Both the position numbers and the translations under genes were made by a program. This document shows, in pieces, positions 15,101-24,559 of a DNA stretch of 64,000 nt. Source of the stretch: an uncultured Methanoregulaceae archaeon. GTDB lineage: Archaea > Halobacteriota > Methanomicrobia > Methanomicrobiales > Methanospirillaceae. Location: assembly GCA_963717525.1 (NCBI GenBank), contig OY970343.1:480001-544000 (forward strand), written 5' to 3'. Numbering within the stretch: position 1 is the stretch's first letter; each line of letters begins with the position of its first letter. Below the pieces are notes generated by a model that worked only from the letters and a program-made list of their open reading frames with translations, made no database searches and was not told where the DNA came from.

Positions 15101-15907
15101 ATGAGCACGATCCTCCGTCGTCAGATCATCAGGAAATGCAGCAGCATGGATATCCCCCTTGTTGGTTTTGCCCCGGCCGATCGATGGGATAATCCCCCGT
15201 TTGAACCCTGGGTGCCGGAGGCGTTCCGGCCTGCATCCCTCTTTCCCGGCACAAGGACCGTGATCGTGATCGGGTTTCCGATCAGCCTGCCGATCATTGA
15301 TACGGCCCCCTCTATCTGGTACCACGAGCTGTACCGGGTGGTCAATGACATGCTGGACTCCTGCGGTTACCGGCTTGCGATGTTCTTAACCGAAAAAGGC
15401 TACCCTTCGGTCTGGGTGCCCCGGGACGGGTACGGGTCGATCGATGTCCTGAAAGAGAAGCCGGTCGCATTCTTCTCGCACCGGCACGCGGCTTTCTGTG
15501 CCGGCTTGGGGAATTTCGGGGAAAACAATATGCTCCTGACACCGCAATACGGCCCCCGGGTCAGATTTGCCTCCCTGTTTTCCACGGCCGAACTGCCCGG
15601 CGACCCGGTGCTTGATGACCCCCTCTGCATACACTGCAAGCGGTGCGTCTCGATCTGCCCGGTTTCTGCTGTTCCCGGGGGCGGCTACCCGGAGAAGTTA
15701 ACCGACAAGCATGCCTGTGCAGCCCGGTCGGAAAAACTGAAAAGACGGTATCTTTCCCCGTGCGGGTGCTGCATCAAGGTCTGCCCGGTTGGGAAAGACC
15801 GGTCCCAGTACAACCGCGACGATATGAGAATGTACAACAAAAACAGCCCCCTGTCGGAACCGTACCGCCGCATACAGGACCATGTCCGGTCCTACGGGTC
15901 GAGGTGA
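15101..15907 (+). CDS. QueG/reductive dehalogenase-like 4Fe-4S protein
   Basis: FSHRHAA..AGLG..G.N, GPRVRF, CIHCKRCVSICP and CGCCIKVCP. Confidence 0.8.
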   Translation: MSTILRRQIIRKCSSMDIPLVGFAPADRWDNPPFEPWVPEAFRPASLFPGTRTVIVIGFPISLPIIDTAPSIWYHELYRVVNDMLDSCGYRLAMFLTEKGYPSVWVPRDGYGSIDVLKEKPVAFFSHRHAAFCAGLGNFGENNMLLTPQYGPRVRFASLFSTAELPGDPVLDDPLCIHCKRCVSICPVSAVPGGGYPEKLTDKHACAARSEKLKRRYLSPCGCCIKVCPVGKDRSQYNRDDMRMYNKNSPLSEPYRRIQDHVRSYGSR

Positions 15908-15940
15908 AGATCCATCGCAGGGGTACGCCACCGTCCGGTT

Positions 15941-16864
15941 TCACCCGGTCTCTGCGGGCGGACCGGCCCGGATGGACCTGAACAGGAAGTACCCGACAAT
16001 ACCGAACGTAATGACTGGTGAAACAAACGCAGGGATCTCAAAACCAAAACTGTCGAGGATCATGATGAAGCCGAGGCAGAAGATCGAGTACATCGCGCCG
16101 TTCTTGAGGTACCGGTAGTTCCTGATGGTGTCCACGTTCCTGATCGTGAGCTCCCTGACGATCAATGCCCCGATGCCGTTCCCGATGATAATCAGGGGGA
16201 CTGCCAGCGTGAAGGCAAAGGCGCCCGTCACCCCGTCGATGGAGAAGGTTGCGTCGATGATTTCCAGGTAGAAGACCTTACTGATATCGGAGAGGTCCCC
16301 TGAGACCATCTTCTTTTCCTGCTCCTCGGCACTCTGCCGGAAGCCGTGGACGATGAAGAAGGCGGTCGAGCCGATCACTGCCCCAAATGCCATCAGAGGG
16401 TTTCTCCCGAGCGCAAGCCAGACGATGGCCGCAAGGAGGATCGAGACAACGGCAAAGAACCAGACGCCCTTCGTGGAGAAATAGCGTTCGCCCCGGATCC
16501 CAAACTCTTTCTCCTCTAAAAAGAGCCAGTGGAAGAAGAGGAAGATAAGGAAGGTGCCACCCCCGACCAGAAGGACGGGTGCCGCCTGAGCGACGGCTGC
16601 TGTGACAGCCGGGTCGCTCGAGAAGGTCGCGGTGAGCGCCCCGACCGGCCCCAGTGACGGGGCGGAGATCCAGACAATCAGCCAGGGCAGTATGCCCCGG
16701 ATCACAAAAACGGCAAAAAGGAGACCCCAGACTAGGAACCAGCGCCGCGCCCTCTGTGACATGGTCGAGAGGACCCCGGCGTTGATGATGGCGTTGTCAA
16801 TGCTTGTTATCGCCTCAAAGAGGCAAAGCCCCGCGATGGTCAGAAGGATTGAGAGGATCTCCAT
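15941..16864 (-). CDS. DUF475 (TerC-like) membrane protein
   Basis: SIDNAIINA, YLEIIDATFSIDGV, YRYLKNGAMYSI. Confidence 0.85.
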   Translation of the reverse strand: MEILSILLTIAGLCLFEAITSIDNAIINAGVLSTMSQRARRWFLVWGLLFAVFVIRGILPWLIVWISAPSLGPVGALTATFSSDPAVTAAVAQAAPVLLVGGGTFLIFLFFHWLFLEEKEFGIRGERYFSTKGVWFFAVVSILLAAIVWLALGRNPLMAFGAVIGSTAFFIVHGFRQSAEEQEKKMVSGDLSDISKVFYLEIIDATFSIDGVTGAFAFTLAVPLIIIGNGIGALIVRELTIRNVDTIRNYRYLKNGAMYSIFCLGFIMILDSFGFEIPAFVSPVITFGIVGYFLFRSIRAGPPAETG

Positions 16865-16980
16865 GGATGAGGATCCGTTGGAGCCGGACCGGTATTAATC
16901 TTGGCAAACCCGGCAGGTCATTACGGAATACCCGGGCCATCTCCCGTTAACTCCATGAAGCCGGTACCGGTGCTATTAAA

Positions 16981-17505
16981 ATGACAGCCGGCACATTCCG
17001 GGGTACAAAGTGGCCGGGACACATGGTTTTTGACTGCCAGCAATGCGGGGAGTGCTGCAGCCATCTGGGGCTGGTTCACAGCATAGCAGAGGATCGCGGG
17101 AATTACGAGTTCGTGGTCTTCAACCGGTACACCAACGAGTCCGATATTGTCACCGTGGATACCGACAAGCACGCTCTCTATGACGACAAGAGCATCTTTG
17201 AGAAGCTACCCGAGGCCTGCCCCTTCTTCCGTCACCAGCCGGATTCTGAGAAAGCGTTCTGTACCGTCCACCTGACCCGGCCCGATATCTGCCGGGACTA
17301 CGGTTGCTGGCGGATGCTTATTGTCTCCCGGACCGGGCTACGGGCGGGCAGGATCATGTTCTCACGGTATCTCTGCTCGGAAGATCCTCTCGTGACCCGG
17401 ATCTTTGAGGAGTGCATCGATCCTGTTCATGAGCCGGATGACGCACGGTGGGATGATATGGTTATCAGGGTACTGACTGAACGGGGGTACACCGTGAGGA
17501 AATAG
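16981..17505 (+). CDS. YkgJ family cysteine-cluster protein (start may be 17023)
   Basis: CQQCGECC...CPF...CTVHLTRPDICRDY. Confidence 0.85.
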   Translation: MTAGTFRGTKWPGHMVFDCQQCGECCSHLGLVHSIAEDRGNYEFVVFNRYTNESDIVTVDTDKHALYDDKSIFEKLPEACPFFRHQPDSEKAFCTVHLTRPDICRDYGCWRMLIVSRTGLRAGRIMFSRYLCSEDPLVTRIFEECIDPVHEPDDARWDDMVIRVLTERGYTVRK

Positions 17506-17715
17506 GTCTGGACCCGGGGCCCCTGCATTGACCCTCCGCGGTGCCTGAACCTGCGAAGGACCTGCGCGGCATCCTCCTCATTATGGATCCCCGTCCCCGG
17601 TACCGTTCTGGGATAACGCCCGGTGGCTCGTGCGATCACCCACTATTCTTTTAAAGCCCGGCACGTATAGAAGAAAATAGCAGAATCCACACACTGTGGT
17701 GGATCAGTGTTGAAC

Positions 17716-17928
17716 ATGACCGTCAGTGTCAGTAACGACGACGATGACGAAGAGGATAAACGGTTCGCGTTTTCTCCTTCTTTTGTAATACCACGCTGCA
17801 CCCGGAATATCCCCGCAGCGCGTGAGGTTTATGGCCTGTCTTTTTTCCGGTTCAGTTTCCCTGAACCCGGAACCCCCGGCCCCCGGGGCACATCCGCGAG
17901 GGTCAAAAGCGAGCTGATCTGCAGATGA
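17716..17928 (+). CDS. Small protein with acidic N-terminus, coupled to the RLAN gene
   Basis: MTVSVSNDDDDEEDKRFAFSPSF...; its stop overlaps the next ATG (ATGA at 17925-17928). Confidence 0.45.
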   Translation: MTVSVSNDDDDEEDKRFAFSPSFVIPRCTRNIPAAREVYGLSFFRFSFPEPGTPGPRGTSARVKSELICR

Positions 17929-18725
17929 ACGATAGGTGGGATGATTCCCCGCAGACAGGCATCTGGCCCGTTACTGACCGGAGCGCCACGCCCGGCCCGG
18001 CAGACGTGTTTGTCCGGCCCATAATGAAAAGGCGGGCGACTGCCCGGGGAGCGGCCCGGCACACGGAATCGTTACATCTCCCCCAGGCGAAGGAACATGT
18101 GATGGCCCGGGACTCGCTTGCGGTCATCAGCCGCGATCATGCATGTCATGTGATCGCGGAGGACTATTCGTACAAGTCCGAGGCGTATTATACCATTCTT
18201 GCCCGCGAACTGGCCGGTGACGATATCCGCCCGTCCAGCCGTGCCGTGCTCGATGCATTCGTGGTACCTGTCTGCCTCGAGCGTGCGAAAAACGCGGGTA
18301 TCCCGGTCGTTGGGTGGGGGATCTCGCAGGCCTACGTCCCGCTTCCGGCCATCCTCTACGGGCTCAACTACTTTGCCACCGCGTCTGATTACTTCGTCGT
18401 TCAGAACAATACTCAGGCAAAGGAGGTTATCAGGCATATAACAAACAAGGGGAAGTACCCCTTCTGTTACCAGAAACTCGAAGACACTGCAACGATTACT
18501 ACCTGCACTGCAGTCTTTGGGCGGACTACGGGGAGCTGTGCGGCGATAGCAGGCTACGCGGAGAAGATTTACGAGATCTTCTCTATTCCGCTCGTGAACA
18601 TGGTCTTTGTCCGGACCGGGGACGAGTACGCACTCTCCTCACTTACGCCCACGCGCTACACCCGCCTTTCCGAAGGGGAACGGGCTTTCCTCTCCGCGTA
18701 TCGTGATCACCAGGAGTTCCTATGA
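17925..18725 (+). CDS. RimK-like ATP-grasp N-terminal (RLAN) domain protein
   Basis: 'DYSYKSEAYYTILARE...PS' resembles the RLAN motif; ATGA overlap with the ATP-grasp gene. Confidence 0.7.
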   Translation: MNDRWDDSPQTGIWPVTDRSATPGPADVFVRPIMKRRATARGAARHTESLHLPQAKEHVMARDSLAVISRDHACHVIAEDYSYKSEAYYTILARELAGDDIRPSSRAVLDAFVVPVCLERAKNAGIPVVGWGISQAYVPLPAILYGLNYFATASDYFVVQNNTQAKEVIRHITNKGKYPFCYQKLEDTATITTCTAVFGRTTGSCAAIAGYAEKIYEIFSIPLVNMVFVRTGDEYALSSLTPTRYTRLSEGERAFLSAYRDHQEFL

Positions 18726-19594
18726 GCCGGCTCGGGATATTCGTTGACAGGAAAACCCTCTCCAACGCCGAGCAGCTCAATGCCCTGATCCATTGCAGGG
18801 ACGTGGCAGAAGGGCTCGGGCATGACGCGGAATTTCTTTTCCCGGTCGATATCAACAAGATCCCGAAAATGGACGCCCTCTTCATCCGGGCCCGGACCGA
18901 CCCGATGAACATCACGTATGTCGCAGCCCGCATGGCAGAGTTCCACGGCATTCCGGTCATTGACGATGCGAATTCCATCCAGATCTGCGGCGACAAGATC
19001 AACATGTACTCCCACCTCCTTAAAAAGAACGTTGCCCTCCCCAAAACGATATTTCTCTCGAAAAACGACCTCTCTGTCGAACGGGTCACTGGGCTCTTCG
19101 ATACGCTGGGGACACCGCTGATCATCAAGGAACCGTCGACCTCGTTCTCGCAGCGGGTCGAAAAGGTCATGGACATTGCCGGTTTCTTCCGGGTCGCACG
19201 GCGTTTTATCAAGTTGTCTGACTGGATCGTCGTCCAGCAGTTCGTGGAGAGCACGTACGACTGGCGGGTGGGTGTGCTCGGGGGAAAATTCCTGTATGCC
19301 TGCAAATATACGATCCCGTCACTGACGTTCAAGATACAGGCCTCGGTGAACGGCCATATCGTGTACTGCGGAGTGGAGAGCATGCCTGAGACTGCAGTCC
19401 CTCCTCACGTTGTCCAGCTTGGTATTGATGCGGCAAACGCGATAGGCGACGGGTTGTATGGCGTGGATATCAAGAACAACAATGGCGATGCCTGCGTGAT
19501 AGAGGTCAATGACAACCCGTCGCTCGAGAGCGGCGAGGACGCCTGCTACCCGCAGATCTACGAACAGATCGTCAGTCACCTTTTTGCAGCGTGA
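18722..19594 (+). CDS. RimK-family ATP-grasp ligase
   Basis: DALFIRARTDP, IIKEPSTSFS, QQFVESTYDWRVGVL, GLYGVDIK, IEVNDNPS. Confidence 0.9.
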   Translation: MSRLGIFVDRKTLSNAEQLNALIHCRDVAEGLGHDAEFLFPVDINKIPKMDALFIRARTDPMNITYVAARMAEFHGIPVIDDANSIQICGDKINMYSHLLKKNVALPKTIFLSKNDLSVERVTGLFDTLGTPLIIKEPSTSFSQRVEKVMDIAGFFRVARRFIKLSDWIVVQQFVESTYDWRVGVLGGKFLYACKYTIPSLTFKIQASVNGHIVYCGVESMPETAVPPHVVQLGIDAANAIGDGLYGVDIKNNNGDACVIEVNDNPSLESGEDACYPQIYEQIVSHLFAA

Positions 19595-19600
19595 TCATCT

Positions 19601-19747
19601 TTGACGGAAAACTGGCTGCTTTGTGCCGAAGCTGTCTGTATGACATGCGGGGGGCACTGCTGCGATGATGCGCATCCCCCGGTAACAAAAAAACGCTGTG
19701 ACGATCTGATCGCTGCGGAGACCCTCTGGAGACCTCGGTACGCATGA
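19601..19747 (+). CDS. 48-aa Cys-rich peptide or truncated YkgJ-like protein
   Basis: Manual translation from TTG: MTENWLLCAEAVCMTCGGHCCDDAHPPVTKKRCDDLIAAETLWRPRYA; stop overlaps the GCS2 ATG. Confidence 0.55.
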   Translation: MTENWLLCAEAVCMTCGGHCCDDAHPPVTKKRCDDLIAAETLWRPRYA

Positions 19748-20856
19748 CTGTCGGAACAGAGCACGAGTACTCGATTAACGACGAACACTTCACGGCGCTT
19801 CCCGTCTCCGACCAGATCATAAAATCAATCTGCGGGAGATTTACCGGCGAGATCCGCTTTGGAGAGGTGAACCTGGGAAAGGAACTCCAGAAGACCGTGC
19901 TCGAATTTGTCCCTCGTGTTCCGGCATCCGGCCCGGTTGCCCTGGAGGCGATGCTTGTGCAGGGCATCAGGAAATTCTACCACGTTTTTCCTGATCGCTA
20001 CCACCTGCTCGGCCTTGGCATGCACCCCACGCTCACGCCCGACCGGGCTGTCGTCTGGGATCATGATGAGGGGGAGTACTACCAGACCTACGACCGGCTT
20101 TTCAACATCCGGCAACACGGGTGGCTCAACATCCAGGCGCTCCAGGTCAACCTCTCGTACGCCGGAGAAAAAGACCTGCTCATGCAGTACAACCGGATCC
20201 GGACTCTCCTCCCCTATCTTGTAGCGCTTTCGGCATCTTCGCCCATGGTGGAGGGCAGCCTGACCGGGGCCATGGATAACCGGCTCATCTATTACCGGCA
20301 AAACCAGAAGGAGATCCCCGGGATCTGCAACGGGATTATCCCGGCCCGGCTCCTCTCGGTTGGGGAGTACAGGAGGGCGCAGGAAGAGGTCTACGCGGAG
20401 CTCCGGGCACGGGACGCGGGGATCCTCTGCGAGGAGTGGCTCAATTCGAGCGGGCTTATCATCCGTTTTTCCCGGAACTGTCTTGAGATCAAGGCACTGG
20501 ACGAGCAGGAGTGCATCCGTTCCGATATGGCGTTTGTGGCACTGGTTGCGGCACTCCTCCGCTGCCCGGTTCTGCCGGTTGAGAGTGATCATGATGGGTT
20601 GCTTTCACTCACGGAGACGGCTATCCGGAAAGGTACGGCCGGATTACGGCCGGAACTTGAAGCGCTGTATCGCCGTGCATGGGAGCAGGCGACCGCTGAG
20701 GAGCGGCAGTACCTGCCGGTCATTGAAGATCGCATCGCCCGGGGCAGTCTTGCCGAGCGAATCGCGGATCGGTTCCGCAAAGAGAAGGCGATCATACCGA
20801 TCCTTGAGGATATGGCTCACTGCCTGCGGGCGAACACACCGTACGGGATGGAGTGA
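19744..20856 (+). CDS. Glutamate--cysteine ligase family 2 (GCS2) amidoligase
   Basis: VGTEHEYSI, KELQKTVLEF, GMHP, QALQVN, ASSP, RFSRNCLEIKALDEQE. Confidence 0.88.
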   Translation: MTVGTEHEYSINDEHFTALPVSDQIIKSICGRFTGEIRFGEVNLGKELQKTVLEFVPRVPASGPVALEAMLVQGIRKFYHVFPDRYHLLGLGMHPTLTPDRAVVWDHDEGEYYQTYDRLFNIRQHGWLNIQALQVNLSYAGEKDLLMQYNRIRTLLPYLVALSASSPMVEGSLTGAMDNRLIYYRQNQKEIPGICNGIIPARLLSVGEYRRAQEEVYAELRARDAGILCEEWLNSSGLIIRFSRNCLEIKALDEQECIRSDMAFVALVAALLRCPVLPVESDHDGLLSLTETAIRKGTAGLRPELEALYRRAWEQATAEERQYLPVIEDRIARGSLAERIADRFRKEKAIIPILEDMAHCLRANTPYGME

Positions 20857-21066
20857 ATTCTCTTTTCGGGAACAGTCCCGGATTTTTTCTTTTTTGGATT
20901 TTGGGAAATGGATCCGGTGTTTCCGGATACATTTATTTTTTCCGGGTTGCGGTGTTTGTTCCGGGAAGGTTGCGGGTCATCGACCCCTCCATCGGGTTCC
21001 GCTCGCACTTCAACATAGCACCGGGCAGTACGAACTAGTGATCGTGGCGTACGAGCGTGCGGAGGC

Positions 21067-21522
21067 GTCATGTGGTTACGCCATCAATTTCTGCCCCCGG
21101 GGGTCTTTCGATTCGCTGCGGAACCTGCCCAGTCAGGACAAAGGCGTCCCTTTCTGCCTTGGTCCATCCGATAAACCGTGAAGGGACCTTGACCGGGAAC
21201 GCCACCTTGGAGGCCGCCGGTCGGGATGCTACCGAGTCTCGCTCGTTATTTTGCTGCACCGTATCGGCATGCTGTCCGGGTTCATCTGAATTTTGCTTCA
21301 CCGGTGGATGGGTTGGGGGAAGCCCCAACATGGACCGCAAGACGTCATCGATATCCCGCGCCCTGGTTACATTCTTCCGCTCGACAAGAAGCCGGTATAC
21401 TTCCGCTGATACTTTCAGGTCTTTGATTTCACTCATGGGTTATTCCTTCGCGACATTCCCACGGGGTCTTCACGTATCGGGAAGTGAGATGCGGACCACC
21501 ATGGCCGTTCTGGATCTTTAAG
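21067..21522. repeat. Copy 1 of a ~455 bp direct duplication (gene plus upstream region)
   Basis: Colinear and highly similar to 29903-30356. Confidence 0.92.
21068..21436 (-). CDS. Hypothetical protein with RHH/antitoxin-like N-terminus (copy 1)
   Basis: KDLKVSAEVYRLLVERK...DIDDVLRSMLG beta-helix-helix pattern; frame preserved in both copies. Confidence 0.7.
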   Translation of the reverse strand: MSEIKDLKVSAEVYRLLVERKNVTRARDIDDVLRSMLGLPPTHPPVKQNSDEPGQHADTVQQNNERDSVASRPAASKVAFPVKVPSRFIGWTKAERDAFVLTGQVPQRIERPPGAEIDGVTT

Positions 21523-21570
21523 CAGTTACTGCATAAAGGTCCAGATCGATCTCACCCGGTTTGTTCAACT

Positions 21571-21990
21571 TTATACCCGCAATTGAGACTGTACCGATTG
21601 TGAATCCGTTTTCAGCGGTTCACAAGCATGCGCCATCTTCTGAACAATCAACGCATGCTGGGATTGTGCTTCTTTGTCATGTGGATTCAACTTCAGGACT
21701 TTATCGAGTGCGCGGAGTGCCTCAGTATCTTTCTTGAGATGCACAAGAGCCAGACTCTTATTGAACAACGCGTTCGTGAATTGGGGATCGATGTCGGCTG
21801 CCTGCCCGAAGGCATTCACCGCATCAATGTATTTTCCTTGTCTGAACCGGATGATGCCGATGTTATTCCAGATAGAGGCGTTGTTGGAATCGGTTCGAAT
21901 AAGTGTCCGAAATAAGACGAGTGCCTCGTCCAATTGACCCTGTTCGGCGAGTTCGGTTGCCTCATTGAACAGATCGAACGCGTCGGGCAT
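21571..21990 (-). CDS. TPR-repeat protein
   Basis: About three TPR units (WNNIGIIRFRQGKYIDAVNAFGQAADIDP; ALFNKSLAL). Confidence 0.85.
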   Translation of the reverse strand: MPDAFDLFNEATELAEQGQLDEALVLFRTLIRTDSNNASIWNNIGIIRFRQGKYIDAVNAFGQAADIDPQFTNALFNKSLALVHLKKDTEALRALDKVLKLNPHDKEAQSQHALIVQKMAHACEPLKTDSQSVQSQLRV

Positions 21991-22166
21991 AGTATCGTGT
22001 CGTGGTGGGGAAAGATGAAGGTTGCTGAAAAGGTCTGGTACGTGCGAAGATGTATTGTGTTCCCAAGATTTCCTGAGTCGTTGCGGCCCAGAATAAACCC
22101 ATGGTGGTACGCCCGGAACTGCTCCAGGAGATTGCCTCACGACTAGTGGTACTCACACAGGCGTTC

Positions 22167-22188
22167 GTTCCAGTGGAACTAAAGGGGT
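22167..22188 (+). promoter_or_regulatory. ORB-like (Orc1/Cdc6 origin recognition box) element
   Basis: GTTCCAGTGGAACTAAAGGGGT closely resembles the archaeal ORB TTCCAGTGGAAA core plus G-string. Confidence 0.65.
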
Positions 22189-22259
22189 ATAAAAATATTT
22201 TCAATTTGTCGGATTGGCTTAAAAATCCTCAAAAGAATATGAAATCTAAAATGCGGTGC

Positions 22260-22292
22260 GATAAAGGGAAATTTTGCTGAGTTCCCTTTATC
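22260..22292. repeat. Perfect 11-bp inverted repeat (operator or terminator)
   Basis: GATAAAGGGAA-N11-TTCCCTTTATC. Confidence 0.7.
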
Positions 22293-22414
22293 TAAAACAC
22301 TTATACACGATAATGAAAATTGATGCGACGAAGTCCATGAGAGACATTGCGCTCACTACCTAATTAACACCTCGAACACCTTTCCATATCAACAAAACCA
22401 AAAAAATTCCTTTA

Positions 22415-22969
22415 TTACAGGATGCTTTCGAGCTTCTGTTCGAGGACGTCAAGTCCCTTCTTGACGGCTTCAAGATTTTTGCCACCCGTGAGAATAAGCT
22501 TTCCTGAAGAGAAGATCAAAACAACGATCTTGGGATCTTTGATCCGGTATACAAGCCCGGGGAACTGTTCGGGTTCGTACTCGATATTTTCGAGATCGAG
22601 AGTGACGACTACCTTGTTGAGATTGATGTATTTACCGAGATCGTAGGAACAGACCATATTGGTTATCGCAACTTTGGGCACTTTGAGGGTTTCAAAACCC
22701 GCCTCATTTAATGATTTGATGATGATCGCAAGTCCGTCGGTAAGCGCCTTATTGCTACGAAGGCCGGTCAGCACTATCTTGCCCGTCGAAAAAATCAGGG
22801 ATGTAATCCTGGGTTCATCGATACGATATACTGCGCCGGGAAACCGTTTCTTATTGAGTTCGCAGTTCTTGACCTTATTTGACAACTCAACAAGATCTAT
22901 CGAATCGGCGATGACGCCCGACGCAACGATATTCTCAATCTTCAAGGATTCGTATCTTTTATCAGTCAT
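22415..22969 (-). CDS. tbp: TATA-box binding protein
   Basis: IENIVAS, FPGAVYR, YEPEQFPGLVYR, LIFSSGKL; two-repeat structure. Confidence 0.95.
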   Translation of the reverse strand: MTDKRYESLKIENIVASGVIADSIDLVELSNKVKNCELNKKRFPGAVYRIDEPRITSLIFSTGKIVLTGLRSNKALTDGLAIIIKSLNEAGFETLKVPKVAITNMVCSYDLGKYINLNKVVVTLDLENIEYEPEQFPGLVYRIKDPKIVVLIFSSGKLILTGGKNLEAVKKGLDVLEQKLESIL

Positions 22970-23083
22970 CTCTTCCTTCTATGACGTTCTTTGAAGCATA
23001 AGACTAATGGACAATCTTTATGGCATGTCATTTTTGTCCAGTTCGACATTTTCAGTCCTGCCGGATTGAGATAAAAATGGGGA

Positions 23084-24088
23084 TCAGATAATGAGCTCGA
23101 TACCCAGTTTTTCCGCCAGTTCCTTGTACCGGTTCCGGATGGTGACCTCGGTCACGCCCGCAACTTCCGCTACTTCGCGCTGGGTGCGGCGCTCCCCGCA
23201 GAGGATGGTGGCGATGTAAATCGCTGCTGCCGCGACGCCGGTCGGGGCCCTTCCGTTTGTCAGTTCACGCTCGTCGGCCTGCCGGAGGATTTCAACGGCC
23301 CGGCTCTGGACTTCTCCCTTGAGTTTGAGGCCCGAGCAAAAGCGGGGCAGATAGTCGATCGGGGAGGTCGGGAGGAGATTTAAACCCAACTCGCGGGAGA
23401 CGAACCGGTAGGTCCTGCCGATCTCTTTTCTGGATACACGGGACACTTCCGCGATCTCATCGAGTGTTCGGGGCACGCTGCACTGTCGGCAGGCAGCGTA
23501 GAGCGCTGCGGCTACAACGCCTTCGATACTCCGGCCGCGAATAAGGTTCTTGTCGGCCGCGTCACGGTAGACCCTAGCTGCGGTCTCACGGATGTTCCGC
23601 GGCAGGCCCAGTGCGGAGGCCATACGGTCCATTTCCGAGAGTGCGAACGCAAGGTTCCGCTCGATCGCGTTGCTGACACGGATCCGGCGCTGCCACTTGC
23701 GAAGACGGTAGAACTGGGCCCGGTTCTTGGAAGAGATGGCCCTGCCGTAGAAGTCCCGGTTGCGCCAGTCGATCATGGTGGAGAGACCCTTATCGTGGAT
23801 CGTGAGGGTCATTGGTGCACCGGTACGAGCCCGGTTCGTCCGCTGGTCGGCGTTAAACGCACGCCACTCGGGACCGCGGTCGATGAAATCGTTATCGATC
23901 ACAAGCCCGCAACTCTGGCAGACCAGTTCTGCCCGCTCATGGTCGTGGACAAGCTGGCGGCTGCCACACTCCGGACAGGCCGTTTCGGTTGCGTTCTCCG
24001 CTTTCCTCTCCAGCTCTTTCTGTTTCGTGCGCGATTTGAGCGATTCCCGATCAGACTGGAGAACTTTTAGTTTTTCAATTTCCTGCAT
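23084..24088 (-). CDS. tfb: Transcription initiation factor IIB
   Basis: Zn ribbon CPECGS...CQSCG, GPEWRAF, two cyclin repeats, [13 protein letters not shown]. Confidence 0.96.
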   Translation of the reverse strand: MQEIEKLKVLQSDRESLKSRTKQKELERKAENATETACPECGSRQLVHDHERAELVCQSCGLVIDNDFIDRGPEWRAFNADQRTNRARTGAPMTLTIHDKGLSTMIDWRNRDFYGRAISSKNRAQFYRLRKWQRRIRVSNAIERNLAFALSEMDRMASALGLPRNIRETAARVYRDAADKNLIRGRSIEGVVAAALYAACRQCSVPRTLDEIAEVSRVSRKEIGRTYRFVSRELGLNLLPTSPIDYLPRFCSGLKLKGEVQSRAVEILRQADERELTNGRAPTGVAAAAIYIATILCGERRTQREVAEVAGVTEVTIRNRYKELAEKLGIELII

Positions 24089-24162
24089 CCATATTCCCCT
24101 GGTGATTATCTTGTAGTCTGGATTTTTTGGTGCATGGAGCTGGCGTATCCACGGGGAAACCA

Positions 24163-24387
24163 TTACGTTGAGAAGATCTTTTTTTTGGGCAGGACCGTGC
24201 ATTTCCCCCAGTAGAGGACTGCGGCATAAGGGATCTTGACGTTCCCGAAAAGATGGAGGATCTTGCCGACCGTATTCATCTTCCGGTCGGTTACCTCGCT
24301 GTAGTGTTGAGGGTGTTGGGCGGCGTTACACGGTATAATGAGCATCCGTTCACCGATGGTGCTCATTGCCCGTCCAAAAACGTTCAC
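24163..24387 (-). CDS. gar1: H/ACA RNP component Gar1 (divergent)
   Basis: [25 protein letters not shown] resembles archaeal Gar1 'V.D.....VG...D.FG.V..PY'; gar1-tfb adjacency is common in archaea. Confidence 0.7.
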   Translation of the reverse strand: MNVFGRAMSTIGERMLIIPCNAAQHPQHYSEVTDRKMNTVGKILHLFGNVKIPYAAVLYWGKCTVLPKKKIFST

Positions 24388-24471
24388 AACAACCTCAATT
24401 ATAAAATGGTGGTAAATACTTCTGTTATATTTGTACCTGCAACTGTACTGCGTATATACGTTGTGAAAAAG

Positions 24472-24516
24472 GGTTCTGTAAAATTGTCGGCATCTGATGC
24501 ATTGTCGGGACTTTTA
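24472..24516 (+). mobile_element. IS6-end-like motif (two partial copies in tandem)
   Basis: GGTTCTGTAAAATTGTCGG followed by TCTGATGCATTGTCGGGACTTTTA; related to 29371, 47131 and 55447. Confidence 0.5.
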
Positions 24517-24559
24517 ATTGTTATTAAGGAAAAGAAGAAAAAAATTTAGATACGTGGTC

